Assembly: GCA_965116945.1 (NCBI GenBank)
Contig: OZ220734.1
Coordinates: 1,906,709-1,970,708, forward strand
From: Dehalococcoidia bacterium
Lineage (GTDB): Bacteria > Chloroflexota > Dehalococcoidia > Plut-88900
Direction: 5' to 3'
Length of the DNA: 64,000 nt
The notes below the pieces were generated by a model, which was not told the DNA's origin, did no database searches, and saw only the letters and a list, made by a program, of their open reading frames with translations. Shown here piece after piece: positions 29,490-38,883 of the stretch. Made by a program: the position numbers and the translations under genes. Each line of letters starts with the position of its first letter. Positions within the stretch are counted from its first letter, which is position 1.

Positions 29490-30098
29490 ATGATGACCGA
29501 GCTTGCGGTAAGGATCAAAGAAGCCAGGGTCCTCGAGGCCTTTGCCCGCACCCCTCGGGAAGCCTTTGTTCCCCTCGCCCCTCGGGAGTTGGTCTATGGA
29601 GACCATCCATTGCCGATAGGTTTCAACCAGACCATATCGCAGCCCTACATCGTTGCCCTCATGCTGCAGGCGTTATCGCTCAAGGGCGATGAGACCGTCC
29701 TGGATGTGGGCACAGGCAGTGGATACCAGGCCGCGCTTCTGGCTCAGCTGGCAGCCAGGGTAGTAACTGTGGAGAGGGTCCCTGCACTGGTATGCGAGGC
29801 ACGAAGTCGGCTGGATGCGCTCCACTTTAGGAACGTTCGGGTGGAAATTGCGAATGATGCGTTGGGCTATTCCGACCTCGCACCCTATGACGCCATAGTA
29901 GTCTCGGCGGCGGCGCCCCGGGTCCCGGACGCCCTCGTAGAACAGCTCGCATTCGGGGGTAAGATGGTAATTCCCGTGGGCGGCAGGGAGGAACAGGAAC
30001 TACTGCTGGTGGAAAAGCGTAAGCGCAAGCCAAAGGTCAAACGCCTGGCTTTGTGCCGCTTCGTGCCACTGATCGGTGAAGGCGGCTGGCCCAATTGA
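29490..30098 (+). CDS. pcm: protein-L-isoaspartate O-methyltransferase
   Basis: TISQPYIVALMLQAL...VLDVGTGSGYQAALLAQL. The start is taken at the internal MMTELAV to give a ~200-aa protein and avoid a divergent overlap with larB. Confidence 0.8.
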   Translation: MMTELAVRIKEARVLEAFARTPREAFVPLAPRELVYGDHPLPIGFNQTISQPYIVALMLQALSLKGDETVLDVGTGSGYQAALLAQLAARVVTVERVPALVCEARSRLDALHFRNVRVEIANDALGYSDLAPYDAIVVSAAAPRVPDALVEQLAFGGKMVIPVGGREEQELLLVEKRKRKPKVKRLALCRFVPLIGEGGWPN

Positions 30099-30187
30099 AG
30101 CCGGTAGTTTCACATACTTTCGCTTTGTTACGGTCGGGGCCCGATGCTATACTCAATCAGCGTGGCTGCACGCCGCGCAAGACGAAG

Positions 30188-31690
30188 ATGACTACCAAAA
30201 CCGCGGCACTCCCGACTGAGAAACTCCCACTTGGTGACTTTGAGGCCGTCATTGGCCTGGAAGTGCATTCGCAGCTCAAGACCCGGAGCAAGATGTTTTG
30301 TGGCTGTGCGACGGGATATACGGACTCCGATCCCAACACCCGTGTGTGCCCAGTGTGCCTTGGTATGCCCGGTGTGCTTCCAGTAATCAATAAAAAGGCC
30401 GTGGAATTCACCATCATGACCGGCCTTGCCCTCAACTGCACCATCGCCGATCACACCAAGTTCGACCGCAAGAACTACCCGTATCCAGACCTGATGAAAG
30501 GCTACCAGATCTCTCAATACGATATGCCCCTCTGCAGCGCTGGATGGCTGACTGTGGAGACAGCCGACGGCGTAAGGAAAGCCAGGCTCAACCGGGTGCA
30601 CCTGGAAGAGGACACGGCCAAGCTGGCCCACGTGGATAGAGAGGCAGGGGAGCGATGGTCTCGCGTGGACGTGAACAGGGCGGGGACGCCTCTCATGGAG
30701 ATAGTCGGGGAGCCCGACCTCCGTTCCGCTGCAGAAGCCCGGCAATACCTGATAAAGCTGCGCACAATCCTGCAATATCTTGGCGTGTCTACCGGCAACA
30801 TGGAGGAAGGCAGCTTCCGCTGTGACGCCAACATCAGCATCAGGCCCCGGGGATCAACCGACCTCAACGCAAAGGTCGAAGTCAAGAACATGAACAGCTT
30901 CCGCTCCGTGTTCAGGGCTCTGGAGTTCGAGTTTGAGCGACAGGTACGCGCAGTTTCGGAAGGATTGCCTGTGCACCAGGAGACCCGAGGCTGGGTGGAC
31001 GACCGGGGCGTGACCGTCTCCCAGCGCAGCAAGGAATACGCCCACGACTACAGATACTTCCCAGAACCCGACCTTCCGGCTATGAAAATCGACCCGTTAT
31101 GGGTTGACGAGATACGGGCCAAACTCCCGGAACTGCCTGATGCCCGTATCCAACGTTTCACCTCGGAATTGGGGCTCCAACCCAGGGACGCCAACACCCT
31201 TGTCGACAACAAGTCGATGGCTGATTTTTTCGAAGAGGCTCTCTCCTTTGGTGAGGATGCGAAACCGGAGAAAAGGGCCAAAGCGGTCGCCTCATGGCTG
31301 TTGGGTGACTTCCTGGGCCTGATCAACGCTTCCGGCCAGGACATCGAGAGCGCCAGAGTCAGCCCCAAGTCGTTGGCCCAGCTTCTCGACCTGATTGATG
31401 ACAGTACCCTCTCCGGCAAGATGGCAAAGGAAGTCTTCCAGGAGATGTACGAAACTGGTAAGGCCCCTTCGGCCATTGTGCAAGAGAAAGGGCTGAGCCA
31501 GATCACCAATACGGATGAAATCTCGGTTGTAGTGGATGAAGTGGTTAGTCAAAATCCTCAAGCGGTGGAGGACTTCAGCTCTGGAAAAGGCCAGGCGCTG
31601 GGTTTTCTTGTCGGGCAGGTTATGAAGGCAACCCGTGGCAAGGCAAATCCGGGCATGGTGAACCAGCTTCTCAAGGAGCGCTTAAACTAG
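30188..31690 (+). CDS. gatB: Asp-tRNA(Asn)/Glu-tRNA(Gln) amidotransferase subunit B
   Basis: FEAVIGLEVHSQLKTRSKMFCGCATGY and the C-terminal GatB/YqeY domain. Confidence 0.9.
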   Translation: MTTKTAALPTEKLPLGDFEAVIGLEVHSQLKTRSKMFCGCATGYTDSDPNTRVCPVCLGMPGVLPVINKKAVEFTIMTGLALNCTIADHTKFDRKNYPYPDLMKGYQISQYDMPLCSAGWLTVETADGVRKARLNRVHLEEDTAKLAHVDREAGERWSRVDVNRAGTPLMEIVGEPDLRSAAEARQYLIKLRTILQYLGVSTGNMEEGSFRCDANISIRPRGSTDLNAKVEVKNMNSFRSVFRALEFEFERQVRAVSEGLPVHQETRGWVDDRGVTVSQRSKEYAHDYRYFPEPDLPAMKIDPLWVDEIRAKLPELPDARIQRFTSELGLQPRDANTLVDNKSMADFFEEALSFGEDAKPEKRAKAVASWLLGDFLGLINASGQDIESARVSPKSLAQLLDLIDDSTLSGKMAKEVFQEMYETGKAPSAIVQEKGLSQITNTDEISVVVDEVVSQNPQAVEDFSSGKGQALGFLVGQVMKATRGKANPGMVNQLLKERLN

Positions 31691-31723
31691 CCTCTGCAGG
31701 CTAAAAGAGTTAGGCTTACAGAC

Positions 31724-31939
31724 ATGTCGTTGCTGAACGTAGTACAGATACTGATTTCAGTCGCCCTGGTTGCCGTGATCCTGCTACAGGTGAAGGGACA
31801 GGGTATGGGTGGAGTGTTTGGTGGGGCGAGCACCGGTTTCCGCACCCGCCGAGGCCTCGAAAAGACCCTATTCCAGCTCACGATTCTCCTGATCGCAGTG
31901 TTTATACTCGTATCGCTAGTCAGCGTACGATTCTCCTGA
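31724..31939 (+). CDS. secG: preprotein translocase subunit SecG
   Basis: 71 aa, two TM helices, LLQVKGQGMGGVFGGAS motif. Confidence 0.75.
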   Translation: MSLLNVVQILISVALVAVILLQVKGQGMGGVFGGASTGFRTRRGLEKTLFQLTILLIAVFILVSLVSVRFS

Positions 31940-31994
31940 CAGCAGCCGGCCCCAGAGTCCCAGACGGCCGTATACCACGGGTGAAGCGGATTCA

Positions 31995-32834
31995 ATGGCA
32001 GCCGTAGTAACTCTGACCACTGATTTTGGCCTGAGCGACGGTTACGTCGGGATGATGAAGGGTGTTTTGCTGGCCATCAGTCCCCTGGCCCAGATAGTAG
32101 ACATAAGTCATGCTATTGAGCCCGGCAACGTGCGAGAGGCCGCCTTCGTGCTTGGTACTTCGTACAAGTTCTTTCCCACGGATACTGTCCACATGGTGAT
32201 AGTGGACCCGGGGGTAGGGACTGAGCGTGATGCCCTGTGTGTGAAGGGCCTGGGCCAGTACTTCGTTGGGCCCGACAACGGGGTGTTCAGCCACATTCTC
32301 GCCGACGCTCAGGACTCCTCTGAGCACCCTACCAACCCGGAAGGTGAAGACATAAACCCACACCCCCTCCCCGATGGCATAGAGGCCGTGCGCCTTACCA
32401 ACGAACAGTTCTGGCTTCGCGAGGTTAGCAATACCTTCCATGGTAGGGACATCTTCGCTCCTGTCGCAGCCCGCCTCCCCGAGACCACGCTGCGCGAATT
32501 GGGTGAGCCCTTGACCTCGGTACTGGCGTTCCCGATGCCTGCGGCCGCAATCGACGGGCAGGGCAGGATTACAGGGCAAGTTCTGCACGTAGACAGGTTC
32601 GGCAACCTGATTACGAATGTACGCCGGGATCAGCTTGGAGATGGCCATTTTAGGGGCGCTGTAGAAGGGCATCCATTCTCGGGGCTTGTACGCAGCTACG
32701 GCGATGGAGATAATCTATTCGCCCTGGTAAGCAGCGCCGGGTACGTGGAGATTGCGGAGCGTGAAGGCAGCGCCGCAAAACGGACCGGCGCCCGAGTCGG
32801 GAGCCAGGTGGTCTTCGAGCGGACTCTGTTGTGA
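31995..32834 (+). CDS. S-adenosyl-L-methionine hydroxide adenosyltransferase (SAM hydrolase, DUF62/fluorinase-chlorinase fold)
   Basis: VTLTTDFGLSDGYVGMMKGVLLAISP...VIVDPGVGTER. Confidence 0.8.
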   Translation: MAAVVTLTTDFGLSDGYVGMMKGVLLAISPLAQIVDISHAIEPGNVREAAFVLGTSYKFFPTDTVHMVIVDPGVGTERDALCVKGLGQYFVGPDNGVFSHILADAQDSSEHPTNPEGEDINPHPLPDGIEAVRLTNEQFWLREVSNTFHGRDIFAPVAARLPETTLRELGEPLTSVLAFPMPAAAIDGQGRITGQVLHVDRFGNLITNVRRDQLGDGHFRGAVEGHPFSGLVRSYGDGDNLFALVSSAGYVEIAEREGSAAKRTGARVGSQVVFERTLL

Positions 32835-32859
32835 CCTGGAATCACCGGGAGGAAGCGCT

Positions 32860-33969
32860 ATGGTAAGTCAGATAGTCAAAGAATCCGTAGAGATCGGCAA
32901 GACCCTCCCCAGTCGATACTACTGGGATGATGAAATCTATGCGCTGGAGAAAGAGCGCATCTTTTTCAAGTCGTGGCTATTTGTCGCCCATACCAGCAAT
33001 CTTCCCACGCCCGGCGATTACGTGGTCCGCACAATTGCTGACGAGAGCATAGTGATAACCCGGGACAGGGATATGGAGGTGCACGCCTTCTACAACGTAT
33101 GCCGGCACCGCGGGTCCAGGCTTTGCACCCAGGCCGAGGGCCACGCGCAGGGTGGTGCGCTGACGTGCCGCTATCACGGTTGGACGTATTCCATGAATGG
33201 AGACTTGGTGGCCACCCCAAAAGAGATGCACATGGAAGGCCTTGCCAAGGAGAAGTACCCCCTGTACAGGGTGCCCGTAGAGACCTGGCAGGGCCTGATC
33301 TTCATCAACCTGGACCCCGACCCCGAGCCGTTCGTGGCCGACTTCGGAGAACTGGATTCGGTCTTGCCCAGGTACGGGCTGCCGAGGCTCAAGTCTGGGC
33401 ACGTGAACTACTATGAAGTCGAGTCCAATTGGAAAGAGATCTGGGAAAACGCCAGCGAATGCGGACATTGCCCGGGCGTACACCCGGAACTGTGCGAGGT
33501 GGTGCCAATCTACAGAACTGGCCTGACGGGTCGGGATTCGGTGGGGGGAACCCTTCTCCTGGATGAAAACGCCACCATGACCGCGGGTGGACGGACCGAT
33601 CAGCCCATGCTGAAGGAACTGGCGAGGGAAGACTTGGGGCGCTTCAGAAGCATATCGATGTATCCGAATGTCGTTCTCGTCTTCCAGCCCGAGTCCGTGG
33701 CAACAATCGTAATGTGGCCCGACGGCCCGAACAGGACCAGGATAACCAACGAGTTCTTCTTCGATGCCGACGTGGTGGACAGCCCCGACTTTGACCCCAG
33801 CGACACGGTAAACTTCTGGGACCTGTTCAATAAGCAGGACTTCGCAGTCTGCGAACTGGCCCACCGGGGCAACAGGTCCAGGGCCCACAAGCAGGGTGTA
33901 CTTGGCCCTACGGAGCCGCATGTACTCAGGTTCAACAACTGGGTCAGGGAGAAACTCGGGGAGATCTGA
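32860..33969 (+). CDS. Rieske [2Fe-2S] non-haem-iron oxygenase alpha subunit (GbcA/CntA-like)
   Basis: CRHRGSRLC...CRYHGWTY Rieske motif. The start is set at ATG 32860, preceded by GGGAGGAAG; the track ORF begins earlier, inside the previous gene. Confidence 0.85.
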   Translation: MVSQIVKESVEIGKTLPSRYYWDDEIYALEKERIFFKSWLFVAHTSNLPTPGDYVVRTIADESIVITRDRDMEVHAFYNVCRHRGSRLCTQAEGHAQGGALTCRYHGWTYSMNGDLVATPKEMHMEGLAKEKYPLYRVPVETWQGLIFINLDPDPEPFVADFGELDSVLPRYGLPRLKSGHVNYYEVESNWKEIWENASECGHCPGVHPELCEVVPIYRTGLTGRDSVGGTLLLDENATMTAGGRTDQPMLKELAREDLGRFRSISMYPNVVLVFQPESVATIVMWPDGPNRTRITNEFFFDADVVDSPDFDPSDTVNFWDLFNKQDFAVCELAHRGNRSRAHKQGVLGPTEPHVLRFNNWVREKLGEI

Positions 33970-34004
33970 TCTCCTCTATTTCCTACTACCCTACGGTACG
34001 GAAA

Positions 34005-34457
34005 TCAGGGGTTGCGCTCTTCCCAGGTCGGGGTCTCTTCGTTTACGCAGTGAAGGAAGACGAAGGCTCCGGTGTTGCCCAGGCCCCGGAACTCTCGGGT
34101 GAGGCATTTCACCTTTTCCCTGTAGCCAAGCTCGTCCATAGAGCGCAGGTAGCCGAATAGGGAGCCGTGCTCGGCTATTAGCATCTGGCACTTCCCGGCG
34201 TTTTCGATGGTTGCGACAATCTTGCTCCGGTTGCGGACTATGTCCTCGTCTTGGAATAAGCGCTCCATGTCTTCCAGGCTATAGGAAGCAACCTTTGCGA
34301 TATCGAACGACTCGAATGCCGCACGAAAGTTGTCCCACTTCCTGCGTATAACCGCCCAGGAAAATCCCGACCGGAAGATGGCCTTGGTAAGCTCTTCGAA
34401 GTAACCTGAATCGTCGGCAGGCGTGACCTTGGGCGGAATTTCTATCTCTCTGTACAT
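34005..34457 (-). CDS. tag: DNA-3-methyladenine glycosylase I-like (Tag family)
   Basis: GYFEELTKAIFRSGFSWAVIRRKWDNFRAAFESFDIAKVASYSLEDMERLFQDEDIVRNRSKIVATIENA matches the Adenine_glyco core. The N- and C-termini differ from E. coli Tag. Confidence 0.7.
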   Translation of the reverse strand: MYREIEIPPKVTPADDSGYFEELTKAIFRSGFSWAVIRRKWDNFRAAFESFDIAKVASYSLEDMERLFQDEDIVRNRSKIVATIENAGKCQMLIAEHGSLFGYLRSMDELGYREKVKCLTREFRGLGNTGAFVFLHCVNEETPTWEERNP

Positions 34458-34511
34458 TGGCTGTGTGGGACAGAGACCTTCAGAGGATATTGGTGGGGCC
34501 CGTAAGACCGG

Positions 34512-35990
34512 CTAGGCGATTTCCCAAGTCGTACCGGACGGCGAGTCCTTGAGGGTGACGCCTTGCCCAGTCAGCGAGTCCCGAATCCCGTCCGCCAGCG
34601 CAAACTCTCGGCTCTTCCGAAGCTTCTGCCGGGCATCTATCATCGCTTTGACATAGCTATCGGCGCCCGCATCCTTGGCGGAAACGGCAGCTGAAAGCTC
34701 TGCGGCGGTTTCGGTCTGCCCGGCAGACTCAAGCTGCGCGGCAACTGACTTCACCAGCTCTGCAAGACCTCCGACATCCACCCCCGACTCCCCATCCTGA
34801 CCTTCCAGCGTAAGCCCCAGCACCGACGACAGATCCTTTAACAATGCGACGGCCTCATCCAGGTTGGAACCGGAGTCCGCACCTCGGTTGATATCCCTGG
34901 CCAGGTCATAGAGCGCCGCCACTGCCTGCGCCGTTCCAAAATCGTCATCCATCGCCTCGATGAACCTCTCCCGGTAGCCATCCGTGGAGACGGCGGTACC
35001 GCTATCACCGGAATTCCCATCTTGCTGTGCGGCGTTTCTCAGTCGGGCGGCGCCTCGCTCCATCGCTTCAAGGCCCCGTTCACTGAAGGAAAGCGGGCTA
35101 CGGTAGTGTGAACCGAGGAAGAAAAGACGCAGGGCGTCGGCGGAGTGGTCCGCAAGCACTTCCTTCACGGTCACGAGGTTGCCCAGGGACTTGCTCATCT
35201 TCTCATCATCAAGCTGTAGCAGCCCATTGTGCATCCAGTATTGGACTGAGGGCGAGTTCCGGGTGAAGGCCTCGGTCTGGGCAATCTCGTTCTCGTGGTG
35301 CGGGAAAATTAGGTCCAGGCCTCCGCCGTGGATATCAAACCTCTCGCCCAGGTATCTAAGGGACATGGCGCTGCATTCCATGTGCCAGCCGGGCCGCCCC
35401 GGGCCCCAGGGGCTGCCCCATGAAGGCTCGCCGGGTTTGGCGGCCTTCCACAGGGCGAAGTCCATCGGGTGCTCCTTCCGGTTGTCTACTTCAATCCTGG
35501 CCCCGGACATCATGCCTTCCAGCGAGCGGTGGCTGAGCTTCCCGTAGTCTGGGTAGCTGCTAATTCGATAATAGACGTCACCATCAACCGCATAAGCAGT
35601 GCCGTTCTCTACGAGTCCCTCCGTCATTTCAAGGATCTTGGCTATCTCCTCCGTGGCCCGTGGATAGATGTGCGCCCTGGTCACGTTCAGAGCGTCCATT
35701 TCGTCGAAATAGTCCTGGATCAGGCCCTCGGCCAGGTCCTTGGGAGACGATCCCAGCGTGGCGGAACGGTCAATTATCTTGTCGTCCACATCGGTGAAGT
35801 TCTGGATATGGAGTACGTTGTATCCGCGCCACTCCAGGTACCGGCGCACCACGTCAAAGGTGATGTAGCTCATCGCATGCCCGACATGCGAGGCCGAGTA
35901 CGGAGTTATCCCGCACACGTACATCTTGACGGGATCGCCCAGTGGTACGAACTCCTCTTTGGACCTGGTCATTGTGTTGTATATCTGCAT
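34512..35990 (-). CDS. cysS: cysteine--tRNA ligase
   Basis: HIGH-type motif (SHVGHAMSY), KMSKS, class I architecture. Confidence 0.95.
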   Translation of the reverse strand: MQIYNTMTRSKEEFVPLGDPVKMYVCGITPYSASHVGHAMSYITFDVVRRYLEWRGYNVLHIQNFTDVDDKIIDRSATLGSSPKDLAEGLIQDYFDEMDALNVTRAHIYPRATEEIAKILEMTEGLVENGTAYAVDGDVYYRISSYPDYGKLSHRSLEGMMSGARIEVDNRKEHPMDFALWKAAKPGEPSWGSPWGPGRPGWHMECSAMSLRYLGERFDIHGGGLDLIFPHHENEIAQTEAFTRNSPSVQYWMHNGLLQLDDEKMSKSLGNLVTVKEVLADHSADALRLFFLGSHYRSPLSFSERGLEAMERGAARLRNAAQQDGNSGDSGTAVSTDGYRERFIEAMDDDFGTAQAVAALYDLARDINRGADSGSNLDEAVALLKDLSSVLGLTLEGQDGESGVDVGGLAELVKSVAAQLESAGQTETAAELSAAVSAKDAGADSYVKAMIDARQKLRKSREFALADGIRDSLTGQGVTLKDSPSGTTWEIA

Positions 35991-35995
35991 GAGTT

Positions 35996-36490
35996 TCAGG
36001 GGGAGTCGGGTGCCTTCTCTTCCAGGAGGGCCACGGCAAATGCCGCTATGCCCTCTTCTCTTCCTGCCAACCCGAGGTGGTCACTCGTGGTTGCTTTCAC
36101 GTTGATTTGGCTGGGTTCGAGTCCCAGGACCCGGGCGATATTTGCTCCCATCTCCTTTACGAATGGGGAAAGAGCCGGTCTCTGGGCGACAATTGTAGCA
36201 TCCACGTTTTGGACGCTCCAACCGGCGGTTATTAGCTCAGGGGCGATGGTTGAGAGGAAAGTGAGGCTGTCGGCGTCTTTCCAAGTCGGGTCGGAGGAAG
36301 GGAACCAACCACCTATATCCCCCATCCCCGCCGCCCCGAGGAGGGCATCAACAACGGCATGTATCAAGGCATCCCCATCGCTGTGACCCGACAGACCCAA
36401 CGGATGAGGTATGTTCACGCCTCCCAGTATCAGGTTATTCCCCTCAACGAGAGCGTGAACATCAATTCCCATTCCCACGCGCATTGTCAT
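35996..36490 (-). CDS. ispF: 2-C-methyl-D-erythritol 2,4-cyclodiphosphate synthase
   Basis: MRVGMGIDVHALVEG...GHSDGDALIHAV. Confidence 0.9.
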   Translation of the reverse strand: MTMRVGMGIDVHALVEGNNLILGGVNIPHPLGLSGHSDGDALIHAVVDALLGAAGMGDIGGWFPSSDPTWKDADSLTFLSTIAPELITAGWSVQNVDATIVAQRPALSPFVKEMGANIARVLGLEPSQINVKATTSDHLGLAGREEGIAAFAVALLEEKAPDSP

Positions 36491-36491
36491 C

Positions 36492-37205
36492 TCAATTTCG
36501 GCATGTTACTTCTTCGGTCCGGGACTTTAGAATCAACTCGGCCAATTCCAGGTCCATGGGGTTAGTGACCTTTAAGTTTGTTGGGTTCCCCTGGGTTAAC
36601 CTCACCTTCATTCCCAGCCTCTCCACCATCGACGCATCGTCGGTGACGTCAGTACTCACTTCTCGATAGGCGCGACGCAGTGTTTCATAAGGGAATACCT
36701 GGGGTGTTTGCATTGCCCAAAGACCATCACGAGAAACTGTTGATGAGATGAAACCCTCGGAATCGCCGCGTTTGACAGTGTCGGCCACCGGCACGGCGAC
36801 TACGGCATTTCCATGCTGTCTTGCGTCGGATAGGACGGTACGAAGGGTTGCCGGTGAGAGGCAGGGACGAGCCCCGTCGTGGACAGCTACGAAATCGCAG
36901 GGGCCAAGGGCGTCTATTCCCCTGGCTGCGGAGTCCTGGCGCCTGTTCCCGCCGGCGCACAACCTCACCCGCCCCGAGCCTATGTGTTTCTCAATCAAGG
37001 CTCGGCCTTTTTCCAGGTTGGACTCGGGCATTACCAGCACGATTTTCTCGATGTCAGAGCAATCGAGAAATACGGAAAGAGTGTGAAGAATGAGGGGCTT
37101 GCCCAGTATCGAAGCGAAAGTCTTGTCGATTCCCTGCATCCGCCGACTGCTGCCCGCGGCCAGAATCAACGCACCGAAAGTTCCCTTCTGTGCCTCCACG
37201 TTCAC
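36492..37205 (-). CDS. ispD: 2-C-methyl-D-erythritol 4-phosphate cytidylyltransferase
   Basis: GALILAAGSSRRMQG...DKTFASILGKPLILHTL. Confidence 0.9.
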   Translation of the reverse strand: MNVEAQKGTFGALILAAGSSRRMQGIDKTFASILGKPLILHTLSVFLDCSDIEKIVLVMPESNLEKGRALIEKHIGSGRVRLCAGGNRRQDSAARGIDALGPCDFVAVHDGARPCLSPATLRTVLSDARQHGNAVVAVPVADTVKRGDSEGFISSTVSRDGLWAMQTPQVFPYETLRRAYREVSTDVTDDASMVERLGMKVRLTQGNPTNLKVTNPMDLELAELILKSRTEEVTCRN

Positions 37206-38278
37206 TACCTCAGGTGAGCGAAAATTATCCGCCCAGCCGATGTTTGCAGCACCCGAGTTATCACCACCGGGAGTTGGGAGTTCAAGTACCGATTCCCTCC
37301 CTCGACAACGACCATAGTGCCGTCGTCCAGGAACCCGACCCCCTGGCTTTCTTCCTTGCCTTCCTGGGTGATGTGCAGGTTAAGCTCCTCCCCGGGAATT
37401 AGTGTGGGCTTCAGAGAGTTTGCAAGGTCGTTGATGTTGAGGACCCTGATGCCCTGCAGTTCTGCCACTTTGTTGAGGTTGAAGTCTGTTGTAAGCAGGG
37501 AAAAATCGGAGCGCTTTGCGAGGCTAACCAACTTGCTGTCAACGCCGTCCTGATCGGGGATGTCCACCTCGGATATCTGGACTTCCACGTTGTTGTCTTT
37601 CTGAAGACGGTTGAGGACGTCCAGCCCCCGACGCCCCCGGTTGCGCTTTAAGCTATCGGGAGAGTCCGCTACATACTGCAGTTCATCCAGAACAAATCTG
37701 GGAATTAACAACTCGCCGTCAACGAAACCCGTGTGGGTGATCTCGGCAATGCGTCCATCAATAATAGCTGAGGTGTCGACTAGGATGCAGCGCCCGTTAG
37801 CCTGACCGTTCGCGGGCGCCACGGATGGGCCCGGGACCTCTCTTATTTCGCTCACCCTTGTCCAGGATAGATGAGCAATCTTTACGTACCCAACCCATGC
37901 GCCTAGGGGCCCGAGCGACAGAAGTAGCAATCCAGGAGCTACGCTGTTCCACGGGTACGCCAATGAAGCGATAGAAAACACGTAAACCAGGCTAACTGAA
38001 AGCAGTGCCCCCGCCAGAGCTCCTGCTGATGCCCATAGAACAGCCTCAGGGCGCACTTCCACCATCCGCTTTGCAGCTCCTTGCATCATCGGAATAACCA
38101 CTAGCCCCGTGGCCACAAACCCGAGCAGCAACCCACCAATGCTGGCGATTGCCAAGGTCCAGGTGGCCCACCCCTCCGCAATCCCTGCTTCTGGCAGGGC
38201 CAGTCCTATTCCCAGCCCGAGCAGGCCCCCAACCAGTCCGCCCGCCGCGATCCCAGCTAACCTTTGGGAATTAGCCAA
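37205..38278 (-). CDS. PIN/TRAM-domain membrane protein (YacL-like)
   Basis: N-terminal TM helices, a PIN domain (CILVDTSAIIDGRI), and a C-terminal TRAM domain. Confidence 0.8.
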   Translation of the reverse strand: MANSQRLAGIAAGGLVGGLLGLGIGLALPEAGIAEGWATWTLAIASIGGLLLGFVATGLVVIPMMQGAAKRMVEVRPEAVLWASAGALAGALLSVSLVYVFSIASLAYPWNSVAPGLLLLSLGPLGAWVGYVKIAHLSWTRVSEIREVPGPSVAPANGQANGRCILVDTSAIIDGRIAEITHTGFVDGELLIPRFVLDELQYVADSPDSLKRNRGRRGLDVLNRLQKDNNVEVQISEVDIPDQDGVDSKLVSLAKRSDFSLLTTDFNLNKVAELQGIRVLNINDLANSLKPTLIPGEELNLHITQEGKEESQGVGFLDDGTMVVVEGGNRYLNSQLPVVITRVLQTSAGRIIFAHLR

Positions 38279-38587
38279 CGCGTTACCCCATCATTGCAAA
38301 TTTGATACAACATACCGGTCAGGTCCGGATCAAGTTGATGTCTTTTGGTCGCCGGCTAAAGCCCTTGCCCTGATGGGAGCGAGGAAGAGAAATCTTATTA
38401 TTGCCTATTTTGAGGCGCTGCCCAGGGACACGGGCGTCGACTGCCGGCGGGCGCTAGATTATCACAAAGGCATATTCCATTCAATTTTGTGGATTGTGCG
38501 GTTGCACGCCTGGCGAATATACATAATCCCATCCCTTGAATACCGCATTGTTTGACACTGAATTTGGGGTCAAATAACATATATTCA

Positions 38588-38859
38588 GATCGTGCTAGGT
38601 GGGGAGCTAGCGGTGCCCTGTACCTGCAATCCGCTATAGCGGGACTGAATTCCCCCTAGAGGTCCTGGTCCTTCGGACGCTGTATTTGTCCGGCGGGCGC
38701 CGATGATTGGGTCCTACGCGGCAGAAAACTGTGAAACCCGCCAGGTCCGGAAGGAAGCAACGGTAAGCGGTCCATTCTGGGTGCCGTAGGGTAGCCTGGT
38801 CTGAGCCCGACGGCGGATGGCAGGCCGGCGTAGCAGGATCGACGGGGGGTGCACGATCT
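38588..38859 (+). ncRNA. ffs: signal recognition particle RNA, long Bacillus-type (with Alu domain)
   Basis: GGGGAGCTAGCGGTGCCCTGTACCTGCAATCCGCTATAGC matches the 5' Alu-domain consensus. GTGAAACCCGCCAGGTCCGGAAGGAAGCAACGGTAAG is the domain IV helix-8 consensus. The 5' GATCGTGCTAGG pairs with the 3' GGTGCACGATC. The gene is overlapped by spurious track ORFs. Confidence 0.85.
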
Positions 38860-38883
38860 GAAACTTTCTCCCAGGAGCAGCCT

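Noticed and set aside
32977-33921. 314-aa minus-strand ORF
   Set aside because: Antisense to the Rieske oxygenase gene.
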